Assembly: GCF_018977255.1 (NCBI RefSeq)
Contig: NW_024704742.1
Coordinates: forward strand, 22,756,001 to 22,820,000
Source: Callorhinchus milii
Taxonomy: Eukaryota
DNA: 64,000 nucleotides
Direction of reading: 5' to 3'
Both the position numbers and the translations under genes were made by a program. The notes under the pieces were generated by a model. It was not told the DNA's origin, did not search any database, and worked only from the letters and a program-made list of their open reading frames with translations. Position 1 is the stretch's first letter, and each line of letters begins with the position of its first letter. Of this stretch, positions 38,538-52,735 are shown piece after piece.

Positions 38538-40372
38538 AGTTATATGTTGGTGACATTGGCACAGGTATAATAGCCACTTTGGTAGCCGAGGGAAAAGTAA
38601 TCACAGATAAACACGTTTTGCAAAAAGGTTCCCAAAATGTCAGGTCTGCTGATCTCTAAATCTGGAGCTCAAAGTGAGATTGAAAGGACTAAGTACATGT
38701 AGGAATGGAGGCAACATCAGTGCCAATTACTTCCATTAAAAAAAACACACTCTGGAAATATTAATCATATCATAAATTTATTTTGGATAACTTCATTCAG
38801 CCAAACCACAAAGTGTTCCAATCTCACTAAAGAATATTTTCCACTTAAAAAGTGTCTCCCGCCAGATTAGAACTTTATGGTTATTTCGTTCCGAAACGTA
38901 ACTTTATATTTCATTGATGAAGCAAAGCAAAACACACAGCAAAAGTAACCTTCCAGTACTCCAGCATTTGTCACTCGGTGTTACAAGTTACTGCATTTTG
39001 GCAGAATGTAGGATCTCTTAATAGTCCTGGAAGAAACAATCAACCACGGATTTCTCTAGAGGTGCGAATAAATTCCTCAACAAACACACAACAGCATAGG
39101 TATGTAGAATGTTCAATCCAACTGAGGAAATGCTCTCACTGTTTACAGTATCAGATGAGTACAATGGCTTGGTCTTACTACACGTAAAGAATAGGAATGT
39201 CAACAACAACAACAATGTGCATCTATATTGCGTCCTTCACGTATGGTACTGCCTTGGAACATACTTCAATAACGTCAATCCAAACTATCTCTTATAAGCC
39301 CAGAGATTTTCAAGAACCTTTTAATATCTAACATTAAACATTATGTGTTTTTCTCACTTAGTCAGTAAATGTACCAAGCTTGCAGTTATTATTAGTGTTA
39401 CATGACCCAAGGCTGCCAAATTTACTGAACCCATTGATCTTTTGAATCTTGAAAACATGTGCCTCCCTTAAGATTATGTACATGAGTTGGATGTACTAAT
39501 GAGTTTACCATATTGCTACCTTTCGTCTCTTATTAACGGGCTCCATGAGAGGTGAAAGGCAGCAAATAAAATTTTGCTAGGGTTCACATGATTTGGGTTG
39601 ATTTGAAGCTTAGCATGAACGGAGCACAAATTTATCTTAGTACAAGCTTACCTCAGCATATCCTAGCAACATGTGAACCATTCCCATTCAGTTGTTATAT
39701 GAATCCTCCTCGATAGTGTCATGTAAGCCTCTCTCACAAGCCCATTACTCCACAAGCACAGGCCACAGTGATTATTTTAGCCAGTTATAATTCAACTCGC
39801 GTAACAAGCAATTTTTTAAAAAAGCATGAAGAGTGATAATTGCTGTATTTGCAGGCATTTACTAACACTATGTGTCACACACAAATGCTACTATGCCACA
39901 TTAACAGGTTTTTCAGGCTCGGCTTCTAGGACAAGTCATTCCTGATTTGCACTAATTTTTTTTTGCATAACTTGCACCACAATTCGTTAATATACAGAGG
40001 AGACAGAGGATTACTGCCATTGAGAGATATGAAGAAACACAGAGCATTTCTTCACTGAAAGCAATGAGAAATGAATAGATGTCAGCACCTGATGGATGAG
40101 TTTTCACATAGGTCATTTTATGGAACTGTTGTCCCTAAAGTCTTACAGTAATGCTCGTTTTGTTAGTGGTGAGAAACATCTCTGCTCTGGCAGATGCTGT
40201 AACTGCTGCAGCATGTCTTAATGCTTTATCTCAGATTATATATCTGCAACCAAATCAGCGACAGATACATAAGTGCAGTATCATGGTATTAGTAGCATCC
40301 TGCTTATAATGCACTACACTGAAAGTGCAGGATTCTTCTAGCTTCCGAGGCTGACGAGCCAGCTTCTTCTAA

Positions 40373-40760
40373 TTTACTGTCAATTCACTTCAATATACAG
40401 TATGTTCCGTAAAGCGCTTTGAGACGTCTAGAAGACGTGCAAAGCGCTATATCAAATGCAAGGACTATTATTATAATAATCCTGACGTTGAGGGCTGGGA
40501 GGGTGGGTAGGAGGGTGGCTGAAGGCCCGGTCGAAGAGGAGGTCTTGAGACGTGATTTGAAGGAGGCAAGGGAGGGAGCAAGGCGAAGTGACTGTGGGAT
40601 GAAGTTGCGAGGGGTGGTGGCAGAGAGGCTGAAGGTCCGACCACCAATGGTGGGGGACATGGAGCAGCCTGCTGAGCAGAGGGAGCGGACAGGTTGATAT
40701 GGGGTTGGCATGTCACAGAGATAGGAAGGAGCAAGACTGTGGAGGGCTTTGAAGGTGAGG
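40373..40760. mobile_element. SINE 3' fragment (+, ~40373-40478) abutting a tail-less L2 fragment (-, ~40485-40760)
   Basis: aagcgctttgagacgtctagaagacgtgcaaagcgct...tattat, then G-rich L2 reverse complement (GGRTFS, FKSRLKT). Confidence 0.78.
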
Positions 40761-41061
40761 TCTGACTAGAGCTAGCAAGATGTTACACTAAAAGCCCCAT
40801 TTCTTCCTGAATCTAACTTCTGTGCCATCAATGCACGTTTCATCCTGAATGTCATCTCTGTGCTCATCAACACACCTTCCTTCCAGAGTAAGAAGCTATT
40901 ACAACAAAGTAAATACTAAATACAAATATTCCTTCGGAATAGGATTGACAGGAAACATCCAATGAGTGTCTATGGAACTCTGAAACAGACTCAATAAAAA
41001 TACTGGAAGCTCGCATAAATAAACAAGCTCTGGCATGCAAAAATTTGCTTTAGAATTTTTA

Positions 41062-41437
41062 GAGTCCTGTAGCTCAGTGGTTAGAGCACTCGCCTCGCAA
41101 GCAGGAGACCTGGGTTCTATTCCAAGCAGGGCGAAATGTTGGGCAAGCTTCCTTACTCCACGCGCCTGTTTACTTAGTAGGAAGTAGGAACCTGGTTGTT
41201 AGTCGATTGACGGATCGCTTTTCCGGGGATAATAATTCCTCTAAATACATAAATAAATAATTGGTCATTCAATCCACGTCTGTTTGTGGGACACTGCTGT
41301 GTGCAATTGGCTGCCGCATTTTGCCCACAAATATGCAGTCAATTCACTTTACGTTATTTCTGTGAAGCGCTTGGAATCGTCTAGAAGACGTGAAAAGCAC
41401 AATATCAAATGCAAGGATTACTATTTTATTATATTAT
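41062..41437 (+). mobile_element. tRNA-derived SINE, subfamily B
   Basis: gagtcctgtagctcagtggttagagc head, B-type internal segment, gtctagaagacgtg 3' hairpin. Confidence 0.87.
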
Positions 41438-42671
41438 AGAGTTTCCAATTAAATTTTCTCCAGCACTACCGGACTGCCCAGGAAGTACAGGAAACGACTG
41501 AGCAAATAAAATGTGTGTAAACAATTGGAACATTCACAAGAAAACTCGGCATTGATTTCAGACTAAGCAGCAAAATAAATATGAATGTCAAAATGTTTGA
41601 CTTTCAGTTCCAAATTCAGAAGGGAGTTTTCAAGCAGTAAAATTTTAACCTTTGTGATTGCCTCTGTCTTTACCACCAGCTGTCTACCAACATATTTTTA
41701 CAGATAGTGAAAGGGTGGGTGCATTTCTCAAGATATCAGGGTCTATTATGAGGGTTGTGGAAACACAATCCTCTTTTCTTTCCTCTTTTCACTTCTGGGG
41801 CATGGCTTTGAATCCAACTGCAGGGAATACGGGTGTTAGATGCATATTTCACTGCTTAGATACACTGTCCTTTCACACTTGAGAACTAAGTGATGAATAA
41901 ATGATTTTTGCGTTGCTAATTCTCTACCTCTGTGACTCTTTAACAGCCAGACCACTGTGCGTTGTCTGTCTCTCTTGTTTCTCTGTCTCTTTAGAATGCT
42001 TCCTGTAGGAACTGGATTAGCTCATGAGGAATAAAAGCACTGAGGGATATGTGGAAAGAGCTGGCAACAGTGACACAGACAAGATAGGCTGAATGGCCTC
42101 CTTCTGTCTGGAAAATTTGCATGTTTCTATATAACGATTATGGTCTCACCCCTCCCCTCCTCCACCGAAGCTTGGAATCAGGCTGCTCCACTGTTAAGCA
42201 CTTCAAGACTCTACCCTGCCTGAACGGCACTATATGAATGCAAGCTGTTGTTGTTGTACCATATATTTTCAAATCACAATGAATAAACTTGGGAAAGTGA
42301 ATATAAACTGAAGGAATTGCTAAGGCCTGTTATTGACCAACAGTAAAGGCGCGATAGGGCACAGAGATATGTGGCACCTCGAGACAGGGGGGAATGGTCT
42401 TCAGCACCTGCTTTCACTCTTAGATTTTCAATGGTGATAGAACCAACTCAGGCACCTTACCTCACCTGTCCCTGATGCTTCTGATTCATCTCACAGACTT
42501 GACCAACTTATAACAACAACAGCAACAAATTACATTTGCATAGCGCCTTTTGAAAGGAAGGACGGTCACAGATTTGGAAAAATATTATGCTCCATTCAAA
42601 ACCGTCATATAAATATTATGCTCCATATATAAAGCACCTCACTTTAACATGTATTGGGTCTGTAGGTAGAT

Positions 42672-43070
42672 TATAATAATAAAAATAATCATTACATTTG
42701 ATATAGTACCTTTCCAGGAGGATGTCTTTCAAATGCATCACAGGGTTCACTGCAAAATGTAGTGACTGTATTTTGTAGGCAAACGGAGCAGCCGATTTGC
42801 ACAGAGCAATGTTCCAGTAACGGCATGATGTGAATGCCTTTTTTTTCTTTGGGGGATACTTGGCCACAACACATCTCTCTTTTCAAATAGTGGCATGGAA
42901 TCTTAAACAGCTGTATGAACAGGTCCTCAATATAATGTCTCATTTGAAGGGACTGCAACTGCGAGAATCCAGCAATTCGCCAGTACTGCACTGGAGCCTC
43001 AGCTCAGACAATATGAATTCAAAGCTCCTGATGTGAGGCTCGAATCCACAACCTTCTGACTCAGAGATTG
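42672..43070 (-). mobile_element. Deu-domain SINE, diverged
   Basis: tcaaatagtggcatggaatcttaaaca...ccacaaccttctgactcagag with the shared SINE tail. Confidence 0.7.
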
Positions 43071-43310
43071 CTGAAGAGTTGAGTACTGAACTCATAGCCT
43101 GCCCTCAGTCCTCTAACCATGGTGCAGTTTAGCAAATCTGCTAGAAAGTTTAGACACTACAGCAAAGGAGAGAAGGCCATTCAGCCCATACTGCCTGAAT
43201 ATTATTACAGTACTATATTACAACTGTCTTATATATTACATACATTATTGTTTCACATCTCTCTCGAATTGTTTTAATAAAAAGATTAATCCTACATATT
43301 CACAGCAGTA

Positions 43311-43418
43311 CAGGGTGACCAAAAAGTTGTGATAACTACCCTATTATCTGAAAAAACTCATAATTTCTTTAAGACTTATTAGACATTGCAACAGTATCAT
43401 GACTTTTTGGTCAGACTC
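43311..43418. mobile_element. Short Tc1/mariner-type MITE
   Basis: TA|cagggtgaccaaaaagt ... actttttggtcagactc|TA: imperfect terminal inverted repeats with TA flanks. Confidence 0.6.
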
Positions 43419-44717
43419 TATTACACATCATATAAAAACATCATCATAAAACAAGGCTTGTGGTAAACTCTCCTTTGTATTACATTCTATTAACGAACAG
43501 AAAGAAAACTGACCAAGACTTTCTGCCTTTGTCTGATCTATCTCTCTTTCTTAACATGATGGTAACAGAGAAAGAGAAGCGCTAATATCTGACAAATTAT
43601 TAATACTTTTGTCATATGGACTTTTGCCTGTCTTTTGATATAATTCCACATCTCTGTTCCTTGCCCTGAACTGATGTAATTAGAGAAAACTAAATTAAAA
43701 TGACTATCAGCATTTAAGAGCACATACTGTGTGTCGCAATAGAACTGGTTGGAAAATTATTCTGAAAAGATCCAGATTAGAAAATAGCTCAGGAAAGATC
43801 CAGCCTTATACTATTCAGTGAATAGTTCAGGACAGACTTATAGCACTTCGACTGTGTGGATGACAAAACATAATGCAGTATTGTAATCACCCCGTTCTTC
43901 TATCACATGGCAATCGGCTTCACATGTTCTTCACAGAAAAGGTACTGCCAAACCAGCAATTATTATCTTCAATTGCGTTGGAGAGAAAGGACCTGCTCTT
44001 CCTCAAGAAATATCTCCGTCAACTGCCACTGCTGGACATTAGGATGAAAGCTCCATTTGTACTGTGCTGTAAACAGTCGATTAATTTATCAATGATTGGA
44101 AATCAGACCATTGTCATGAAGGTATTCAAAAGATCACAAGAGAGATTCTGATGAAAATAGCATTTCAGCACATTTATCTTATCCTACCGTAACACCTACC
44201 CAACCGTTCTATTGTGGTACCCAACCCAACTGTTCTGCTACAGTATTAAGCTGTTATTTCTGGCCTCTACTAACCTTCCTAATAAGCCATTTGAATTTCT
44301 ATTACCTTCTGTGTCAAGAAATATTTCTTGCTCTGTCCAGATGTAGAATCACAGGATGTTACAGTTCAGAGAACCATTCGGCCCATCGTGCCTGTGCTGA
44401 CTCTCAAAGAGCTATTCATTGAGCCCTACTTTCTCTTGGAAAAAGAATCTTTTTCAAATATTTCGCTCATTCCCTTTTGAGAGCTACTGTGGATTTGGCT
44501 TTACCCACCATTTTTTGGTAAGGAATTCCATGTCTGAATTGCTCTTTGTGTAAAAAAATTTTGTTTCTTTTGGTAATGATCTTAAATATTACCCTTCGGA
44601 ATCCACTTCGTGCAACTGGAAGTACAGTATTGCTCACTGTAATATGAATGCAAGTTGTTGTATTGTTCTGGGTTTATTTTCTCTATCCCATTCAGTGTCT
44701 TATATACCTCCATAAAT

Positions 44718-45034
44718 GGAGTCCCGTAGCTCAGTGGTTAGAGCATTCGCTTTGCAAGCGAGAGACCTGAGTTCCAGGCAGAGGGCGAAACCTTGGGCAA
44801 GTTTCCTTACTCCACACAGAGCCTAATAATAATCCCTCCAAAACCAAAACCAATAATAAATTGGTCATTTTCAATCTACGACTGTTTGTGGGACATTGCT
44901 GTGCGCAATTGGCTGCCGCGTTCGCCCACAAATATACAGTCAATTCGCTTTACAGTGTGTTCTGTGAAGCGCTTTGGGACGTCCTCCTGACGTGAAAAGC
45001 GCTATATCAAATGCACGGATTATTATTATTATTA
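44718..45034 (+). mobile_element. tRNA-derived SINE, subfamily A, full length
   Basis: Same body and tail as the other A copies; small deletion in the B box (gagttccagg). Confidence 0.9.
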
Positions 45035-45848
45035 TAAGGTACCCAGCCAGATGCCTTTTCTCAAAGCTGAAGAAGTTCTTTAGTTATTCCTTATAGCTTA
45101 TCCCTCTAAAACCATGGAATTGTCTTCACTGTTCTTCTATGCAAATATTTCTAGGCCCTCTTGCAGTATCAAGCAGAACTGTCCAAGTGCAACCTAACTA
45201 GAGCACTGCTGTACAATTTGATCTCGACATCTGGTATTCTGGTATCCTACTCAACCAGAAATAAACTGAGTGGAATCCAAAAAAGCTCTGTGGAAGGAAT
45301 GAGAATGGGACTAAAAATCCTCTTTTTATTCTGTTGATGAAGAAATATGGAATAGGTTAAGCAACTACCATATGTTGTTTTTGTGAGTGAAATTCCACTC
45401 TGAAGAAGAGTAACAGTGGAGCTCTAAAACCTGTTCACCTTATAACTGTTAGAAGTGGTGTTGTGAAAAGCCGCTATCACCCTGGAAAATAGGATGCGTA
45501 AATCAAGGAAAGACCATTCCTGCCTTCTGCTCTATATCTCCTGCTCCTCCGATCAATTTCGATGTCCAAATCGCTACCTGTTTCTCTCTTGTGCCATAAT
45601 CTGCTAAGGTGCAGACCACAGCCATTATATACATAAAAATATTCAACAATCTGCTGAAGGTTGATCAAGTCCTATTTACTTCTAAGTTGTGACGGAAATT
45701 CTCACTTTGACCACAGACCTTTCCTGCCTTTGCCTGCTATTTATTGGTTTCTAATGCTCAGACATGACATGCCTTGCTTTCGTGGTAGTGTGCCGTTCAT
45801 TTGCCTGCTTCCAACAATGTGAGCAGCAGGACACTTTATGTATCTGTT

Positions 45849-46226
45849 ATAATAATAATAATCCTTACATTTGATATAGCACCTTTGAGACGTCGCAAAG
45901 CACTTCACAGAATTTGCTGTAAAGTGAATTGACTGTATAATTTGTGTTCGAAACGTGGCAGCCAATTGCACACAGCCGTGTCCCACAAACAGTTGTGGAT
46001 TGAGTGACCAAATTATTATTATTATTATTATTATTATTTTTGAAGCGATTATTACCCCCGGAAAAGTGATCTGCCTATCGACTAACTACTGGGTTCCTAC
46101 TTATTGTTAGGCAAACAGAGGCGTGTGGAGTAAGGAGACTTGCCCAACATTTCGCCCTGCTCGGGAATTGAACACAGGTCCTCTTGCTTGCGAGGCAAGC
46201 GCCCTAACCACTGAGCTACAGGACTC
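45849..46226 (-). mobile_element. tRNA-derived SINE, subfamily B
   Basis: Reverse complement of a B-type element with an internal (TTA)n expansion. Confidence 0.87.
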
Positions 46227-46799
46227 TACATTTCATAGTTAGTTAAACACCAGAGCGTGCTTAGTATATCTTGAATAGCATGTTGTGGCATATTAAAAGA
46301 GAATAAGACTCCAAAGATGCCACTCCAGGTTTTTCACCCCTGACTTCCCAAGTATGAAAACATTTCCTGTCGGTATTATGTGGTTCCGTTTCATGCGTTT
46401 CACATAATATTGTGAAAAACAGCTGTTCTCAACAAAAAATAGAAACTTTGTAGCCACATACTGAGTTGTAACCCTAAAAAAAATTCAGATTCTTAAGGTT
46501 TTAGTGCGCAATTGGCTGCTGCATTCACCCACAATATACAGTCAATCCACTTTACAATATATTCTGTCAAGCTTTGCAAGGCTTATTATGATTATGATTA
46601 TTATTAATACCGTTTTCCAATTAAGACAGAATGGGAAAAGTACAGCAATGTGGTTCAGCCACTGGGAGACCTATGCAGCTTGAGCCATTCTTTCTGTACT
46701 TATATTAATGGGTCATCAGCACAGCTTGACCTTGATGACCTAATTTTGTGCAGTTGAATAATCTACATCCTTTGTTGCTTTAATTTGTTTTTTTGTATG

Positions 46800-47412
46800 T
46801 AGCTCTTGTTAGGGATACATTATGTTGCCATAGTTCCTGCACTGCTGGTGCCACTGTTTAATGCTGCACAACTTTCCTTGGGTGCTACGTGGTGAGTCGT
46901 TACCCTTTGAGTAAGAACTGGCACATGATGGGGGTACAGCGCTTTTCACGTCATTCTAGACCTCTCAAAGAGCTTCACAGAATATACTGTAAAGTGAACT
47001 GACTGTATATTTTGTGAGCAAATGTCACAAACTGAACCAAGAACTGGACACACAGCCCTTAGGCAGCCCAGGGTTCGATTTATCTACACACTGGAGCTTT
47101 GTTTTCAGGACGAGATTATGAAACCCCTTTTGTGCATTTTGGCATTGAGATCCCAAGATAAAGTCATTAAAGCTAATACTTAACAGTGATTTTCTCTCCC
47201 TGCCTCCATGTTTGCTATTGCTTAATCCAAAATAAGATCTTATGCTCCAGAAGTACAGTTTGGCAGATCTTCATTAGCTGAGCGTCAGGAAACTTATTAC
47301 TCAAAGGGTAACGGTTCAACATGTAACACACAAGGAAAGTTGTGTGCCATTAAACAGTGGAACCAGCACTGCAGGAACTATGGCAACATTACGTAGCCCT
47401 AAACGAGAGCTA
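46800..47412. mobile_element. Long inverted-repeat element (MITE or foldback-like), arms 46800-46914 and 47297-47412
   Basis: Left arm atgttgccatagttcctgcactgctggtgccactgtttaatg...gttaccctttgagtaa is the reverse complement of the right arm ttactcaaagggtaac...cattaaacagtggaaccagcactgcaggaactatggcaacat; TA at both outer ends. Confidence 0.8.
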
Positions 47413-47904
47413 TGAAAGTGAGACAATGAATACATATCGAGCAATCTGAAAGACTGCAAGCTCAGTTATAGTCGCGTAATGAGTGCATGTAGTAGTAGAG
47501 GGGGAAAACAACTGGTGTGATGTTTATGAAACTTATTGAAGGCGACCTGGTTAGCAAATATTTGCAAACCACTTGCAAAGCTAATAAAGCTGTCATTTAT
47601 CAAAAAGTACAAATACTGAAAGAAACTCATTAGCTGTCCATCTAGAGCTTCCCCTCTGTGATGACTGTGTTCTCCTGGATGTTTTTATATTCCAAGAAAT
47701 TATTGCTCTGCATTCGTCCCTGTAGGTAAAGGTAGGAACAAACACTTTACAACTTCCTTACTGAGGTGGTGAGTAAAGCCACTGAAGTACTAAACCACAT
47801 ACACTAGAAAATCACAGGGTAGAAAATCCCAAATTGCACTCACTGAATTAGCTAATCGCAAGCAGTAACATAAGAGGTACGATTTGGCCTTAGCAATCCT
47901 GGCT

Positions 47905-48045
47905 TTTCGACCTTTCTTTTCGACCGCGCCTTTGGTCACCTTCCCACCCCTCCCCCTGGCTCGGTCCCGGGATCCTAAATTGTAAAGCGTTCTGAGACGC
48001 CGTCCGGCGTGAAGGGCGCTATATAAATCCACATTGTTGTTGTTG
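47905..48045 (+). mobile_element. Short L2 3' end; similar short pieces at ~17355-17540, ~30755-30930, ~42145-42256, ~54040-54092, ~55970-56070 (+) and ~49045-49215 (-)
   Basis: cttttcgaccgcgcctttggtcacc...ggcgctatataaat...gttgttgttg. Confidence 0.72.
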
Positions 48046-49377
48046 GGTTAGGAAGAGGAAACACATCACCCAGGTTTGTCACATTGAAGACTTCTGCAGG
48101 AAGTTGTGAATGCTGGTTGAGGATACAATAAGGCTGTGTTAATTCCTGCAGTTAAACACCTTCAAGAGGGGTATGTATGTTAATATTATTAATACTCAGT
48201 GATTGTGTATTTTAACATTATCAATCCTCAGTGTGTGTTTGCATGTCAACTTTATCCTCAGTCTGGAAATTGAAATACGTTTACTTTTAATTAACAGCAA
48301 ATCTCTGGTTCATCTACTTTTATTAGGAGAATTATCGCTATGCAAACTAAGTAAAGCATTAATTCTCTCTCAGTAATATTCAGATATGCATTCTTTTAAT
48401 CTATAGAAGATGAGACTTAATCAGACACAATGTATATTAATAAAAGCATAATTTGATATAGCACCTTTCACATCGGAAGGATGTCTCAAAGCGCTTCACA
48501 GGATTGTAAAATGTATTGACTATATTTTGTGGGTGAACATGGCAGCCAATATGCACACAACCATGTCCCACCAACAGTCATGAAGTGAATGCCCAGTTTT
48601 ACCTAGGGGATTGTTTACTAGGACACCAGGAGAAATTCCCTTCTCTTTTCGAATACTGTAGATCCATTCCTTTACAATACATATCTCTTAAAAAAAACCA
48701 CAAAAATAATCAGATCCAAAGGATGCACAAAGTAAGGACCAACTGAAGATATGGAAAAGATGAAAAAAATGCCCTTTGGCTGCTAATTAATAATCGTGGA
48801 TGTTTTGATTACTTCCAATCTATTTTACCGGAAACCATATTCATCTGGGCTGATATTGGTAGGTGTAATTACAGACTAAATATGTATGCATGAAATGAAG
48901 AAAGATTATTTGGCACATCAAGCACATTTCTTCCTAAGACCATGAGCATTCCCCAACCATCCCGTTCTTCCCTAAAATAACGGTTCTGCAAAGTATCTTC
49001 CTTACGTCCAAATACAAATCTCTACATGAACAATCAGCACTGCATTTATATAGCGCTCTTCATCTAGGATAACGTCTCAGATTGCTTCACTGGGACGGTG
49101 TTGAATGTCAAGCAAGGCAGGAGTGAAAGGGGGTGATCGAAGAAGCGGATTTTTAGGTAGGATATAACGACAGATAGATGAGGGCAAGGTGGAGTGTAGA
49201 GCATGGAAGTTCCAGAGGGTAGAATCCTAACATGCTGAAATTAAAAGGTTTTGGGATATACTGGCTGTAATCATGAATGATAATAATTAATCTTGCACTC
49301 GAAGGCTGGTATGATACCTTCACGAGCATCACTAACAGTGAACAATGTGTATTATATCATCTTTGAGAGGGTACGTC

Positions 49378-49678
49378 TCCAGGTTGCTCTCAACGACAAG
49401 CTGTGCCGTTTTTGCTGGTCAGACTTCAGCGGGACCCAAAACACATACTCTGGGGTCCTCAAGCCTTGGTTCTTGACAACTTGCGCCTAACACTCTCCAG
49501 AATTAGGTAAGCCGGATGCATCCCTCCAGAGAGAGAGTGCGCATTCCATTCCAACCATCTATCTCTGGGATTTCCATGTGTAGGTGGGATCCATGGAATT
49601 CTCAGTTTGGTTCGGATACTCTTAAGCACGGTGATGGGTTTCCGTATTTGTCCGTCGCCCGGCTGACCAAAAAAAAAA
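49378..49678 (+). repeat. Unclassified dispersed repeat, copy 3 (right-hand half only)
   Basis: Ends gcccggctgaccaaaaaaaaaa, like copy 1 (acccggctgaccgaaaaaaa). Confidence 0.78.
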
Positions 49679-51777
49679 TCTCCAGATTGAAAATCTAATG
49701 CAGGACAATTTTATAAATATAAATAAATAATAATAATAGAATAAATCTAATACAGGATTGATGTCACTTCTGCTTATCACATGCTGACTTCCAGCCTAAT
49801 AAAAGGATGACTTCTGGGTTGTCAGGTTACATATAGGAAGCATTCTTGTCTGTACCAGAAGCCAATCATGGGTTGACAGAACAACCACGTAATAAGGGAA
49901 ATCGCCTTATAAGGGATAACTTGCAACAGGGTTGCCCTGTTATTCCACATTAAGGAGAGGTACAGTTTATAAAGCAAATATTTATTCCTCTATAACACCT
50001 ACACACTCATACCTTATTAATAGTTGTTCTGGATACACGTCAGTAATCTGAAGCATTAATCCAAAAGTAGTCTTCTCATACTGAATAGGAAAGACATGTT
50101 TCCTAATTGTCTGAACTACATGGCGAATTGCAGTCACAACCTTTCAGTAGCTCCTATGTATCATATGCCTATGAAGTAAATGATACTTAAGTGTAGTTTG
50201 TATAAATGAATTTCAAGTACTATTCAAATTAATCTACGTCAGCAAGCAGCAATTTCCTGCAACTTTGTGCAACATCCATGGTCTATTCAACAACCACCTG
50301 CTGTCAAAAAACACCCTGGAACAGTCCCTACCAATACTCCATAATAAACCACCTCTATTCAGCAACACAACCAGTGGCCACTCTTTTTTAGCCCTGTGGG
50401 TGTTTAGACACCCTTTTCATACATGCAAAGGCACAGTGGGTGAGGGGGAATTGTAATATTCTCTCCATTTAATAATAATACTAATCCTACCATTTGATAT
50501 AGTGCTTTTCACGTTGGGAGGATGTCTCGAACAGCTTCACAGGATACAGAGTAAATCGCAGTGACTGTGTATTTTGCAAGGAAACACTGTCCTCTGTTTA
50601 ATATTTGGAAAATATAGTTTTTTTTAACTGAAACTTGACCTTTTAGCTTTCATCTGAAGCTAAATTGTGTTATCCTTTAAGGGTTTTAAAATCCATCCTT
50701 CAATTGCACATGTCTGTAAATAGACTTTCTAGGAATAAAGAATATGATGCTTTTATTTTCTGATGGGAGGTATGAGCTTGATTATGCTATACTTTATACA
50801 GCTCACCGGTCAGATTATATTGTTGTAACCTGCAGCAGTGTACAGATGGTCGCTGTTGAGAGAATTTCCCATTTGAAAATCTATAACCAAACCCTTACAC
50901 TCTGCTCGATACTATACTAGTGTACTGAGCTTTCACTGTGCATTTGACTGATCGAAGGAAATAGTGCTGATCATCCAGACAGTGCTCAATTCTGTGACTG
51001 CAGCTTTTATTACCTTTTAATGCTTTACAGATATGTGAAGCACGTGCCAAAGCCATGTGTTGGGCACAGCATGTAAGGGTCAGAGAGAATGTCATGCATT
51101 CTATGCATGCACTGTTAATACTAACCAACCCATAGTGTTCTGCTTTGAAGCAGTACGCTGTAACATATTTGAAAGCTTGACATAAGCCTTTCAGCATTGC
51201 AAGCAAGTGCTCAATTCCACGACCTTTCAGTCTTACAGCACCTTAAACGTGGAAAACCTCATTTGTGAGTGAACAGTTTTGATCTTCATGCTTTCACATT
51301 ACAATAGCAATGGAAGCAGCAGCCATCTGAAAAGGTACAGGGCAGTTAAACCATCTCAATCTAGAACTATTTTAGTGCTGTGATATTTTCAATATGTCCA
51401 ACTTTCTTTTTACCTGTGTAAATTACACATTATATATAAACAGTACCCTGCACTTGGTGTGCACTGTGTGCAGCCAAGAGGGTAGGTCAATAATGACTCC
51501 TAGATCCCAATGACACGCTCCAGCCAATTCACTATCAGGTGCATGATCTGGACCACTTGGCAACTGATTTCCTCCATCCCTCCTTGTAGTGAAGCAACCA
51601 TCCTGCACTTGACTCCTGGATCACTGACTTGACTGAAACCTGGATCTCACTAAAACTTCCATGAGTGCTGATTAATGGGGAGAACATAAGATAAGAGTGG
51701 AACAGAACAACAAGAGCAGCGATCCACATTATTTTAGATAGCAATTACCCAACAAGAACAAACTTACATTTACATGT

Positions 51778-52005
51778 GGTCCTGTAACTTAGTGGTTAGA
51801 GCACTCGCCTCGCAAGCAATTCCCGGGCAGTACAAAACGTCGGGCAAGTTTCCTTACTCCACACGCCTGTGTTCAACTAGCAGTAAATAGGAACCTGGTT
51901 GTTAGCCGATTGGCGGATCACTTTTCTGGGGAAAATGATTCTTTCGAAAAATAATAATAAGTTTAAATAAATAATAATTTGGTCACTCAATCCACGACTA
52001 TTTGT
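51778..52005 (+). mobile_element. tRNA-derived SINE, subfamily B, 3'-truncated, abutting a minus-strand L2 fragment (~52010-52127)
   Basis: Head and B-type segment present; ends at ccacgactatttgtg. Confidence 0.75.
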
Positions 52006-52414
52006 GCTGGAGGAAAGATGACCAAAGGTGTGATCAAAGAGGAAGATCTTCAGGTGGAATTTGAAGGAGACAAGAGAAGGGGCAAGTCGTAGGGATTAGG
52101 GGATGGAGTTCCAGAGAGAGGAGGCAGAAACTTTAGATTAAAGATTACAGAATCATAGAATTACACAGCACAGAAGGAGGCCATTCAGCCCATCGTGGCT
52201 GTGCTGGATCTTTGAAAGAGCTGTCTAAATTAGTCCCACTCCTCTGCTCTCTCCCTATAGCCCTACAAATTTGTCCTCCCCAATTATGAACTGGAAAGAC
52301 ATTTAACCAAATGAATTGAGGATTCAATCTATATGCTGCTACACAGTTCTATCAATGGAAGTGTGACATTGCCAATATAACAAAAGAACTGTTTCTGCAA
52401 GGTCAACCCTATAT

Positions 52415-52735
52415 TAATAATAACCTTTGCATTTGAAACAGCACCATATCACGTCATTGAGACATCTCAAAGCGCTCCACAGGAGCATAATAATAATCCT
52501 GTAATAATAAACCTTATATAATAATATACTGTACTGTGTAATTTGTGGGTGAAACGTGGCAGCTAGTTGTGCACAGCAATGTCCCTCAAACAGCCATGGA
52601 ATGAGTGACCAATTTTATTTTGGGGGGATTGTTGGCCAGGACACCGGGAGAAACTCCCTTTGCTTTTCAAATAGCGGCTAAGGATCTTTAAAACCCACCT
52701 GCACAGGCAGATAAGACCTCGGTTTAACATCTCAA
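52415..52735 (-). mobile_element. Deu-domain SINE, 3' portion (similar pieces at ~12810-13000 and ~48450-48655)
   Basis: gttggccaggacaccgggagaaactccc...ggatctttaaaacccacctgcacaggcagataagacctcggtttaacatctc. Confidence 0.7.
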
